Of a DNA stretch of 64,000 nucleotides, positions 63,348 to 64,000 are shown piece by piece. The stretch covers positions 30,256,001-30,320,000 of the forward strand of contig CM069155.1 in assembly GCA_035221665.1 (NCBI GenBank). The letters run 5' to 3'. The notes below the pieces were generated by a model, which saw only the letters and a program-made list of their open reading frames with translations, was not told the DNA's origin and made no database searches. Made by a program: the position numbers and the translations under genes. Origin of the DNA: Okamejei kenojei. Its lineage: Eukaryota. Each line of letters opens with the position of its first letter. Position 1 is the stretch's first letter.

Positions 63348-63662
63348 ATAGAGTCATAGAGCATGGAAACAGCCCTTTGGCCCAACGCCTACACCGACCA
63401 ACATGTCCCATCTAAAATAGTCCCACCTGCCTGTGTTTGGCCCATATCCCTCAAAACCTGTCCTATCTATGTACCTGTCTAAATGTTTCTTAAATATTAC
63501 TATAGTACCTGCCTCCTCCAGCAGCTTGTTCCATACAACCACCACCATTTATTTGAAAATGTGTTTTAATGGTTCCAATTAAATCTTTCCCTCCTCACCT
63601 TAAAGTTATGTCCTCTGGTTCTCAATTCCCCTACTCTGGGCAAGAGACTCTGTACGTTTACC
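63348..63662 (-). mobile_element. CR1-clade LINE 3' fragment, tail-to-tail with the previous one
   Basis: Minus strand LLPRVGELRTRGHNFKVR, WNKL, FKKHLDRY; tail (tatgactc)n. Confidence 0.85.
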
Positions 63663-64000
63663 TTTTCTGTTCTGTGTTCCATATCAACAGCTCTTGAGGT
63701 CAAGTTGCATGGTAGCATAAATGTGAGATTGATGTACTGCGCATTGGGATGGCATTTGTTGAAGTTGCTGGGCATCCCTGAATGCAATCTCATTGCTGGA
63801 AGTGCTGAGACTCGACTCTGTGGATCAGCCAGGTTGCTTAGCAACACCAACTTCATCAGTATGTTTTGTTATGCCAACATTTCACCTATTTATTGAGGTT
63901 TGGCAAGGAGTCCAGAAAATTACACCACAGAGACTTCTCTGATAGTTTCAGCATTACATTTATTTTCCTCCTAATATTCTGCAATTCCTCATATGATAAA

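Overview
Vertebrate nuclear DNA: AT-rich, intronic/intergenic and dominated by repeats. The repeat families (HE1-type V-SINEs, CR1/HER1-type LINEs, Deu-domain SINEs, Neptune-type Penelope elements, Rex1/Babar LINEs) point to a cartilaginous fish, probably a skate or ray (inference). Two assembly gaps are present (14258-14757, 36350-36623). The only host coding exon I recognise is the C-terminal exon of a septin-2 group gene (14924-15004, +). A CpG-island promoter at about 50.5-52.3 kb carries seven helically phased inverted CCAAT boxes, CHR/E2F-like sites and two candidate first exons of an unidentified gene. DNA transposons: two IR/DR-type Tc1 copies, a non-autonomous hAT with an 8-bp TSD and a probable tandem Helitron-like array. 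The most notable signals are RNA structures in short retroelements. One is a 141-bp TSD-flanked element whose 5' end folds as a minimal HDV-like ribozyme (19081-19134, -). The other is about a dozen Penelope-derived terminal repeats; most retain a minimal hammerhead core and several are arranged as long palindromes. There is also an unannotated two-exon candidate gene (12276-13226, -) with a loose helical-cytokine-like look. Boundaries of degraded repeats are approximate, and family names come from recall, not database searches.
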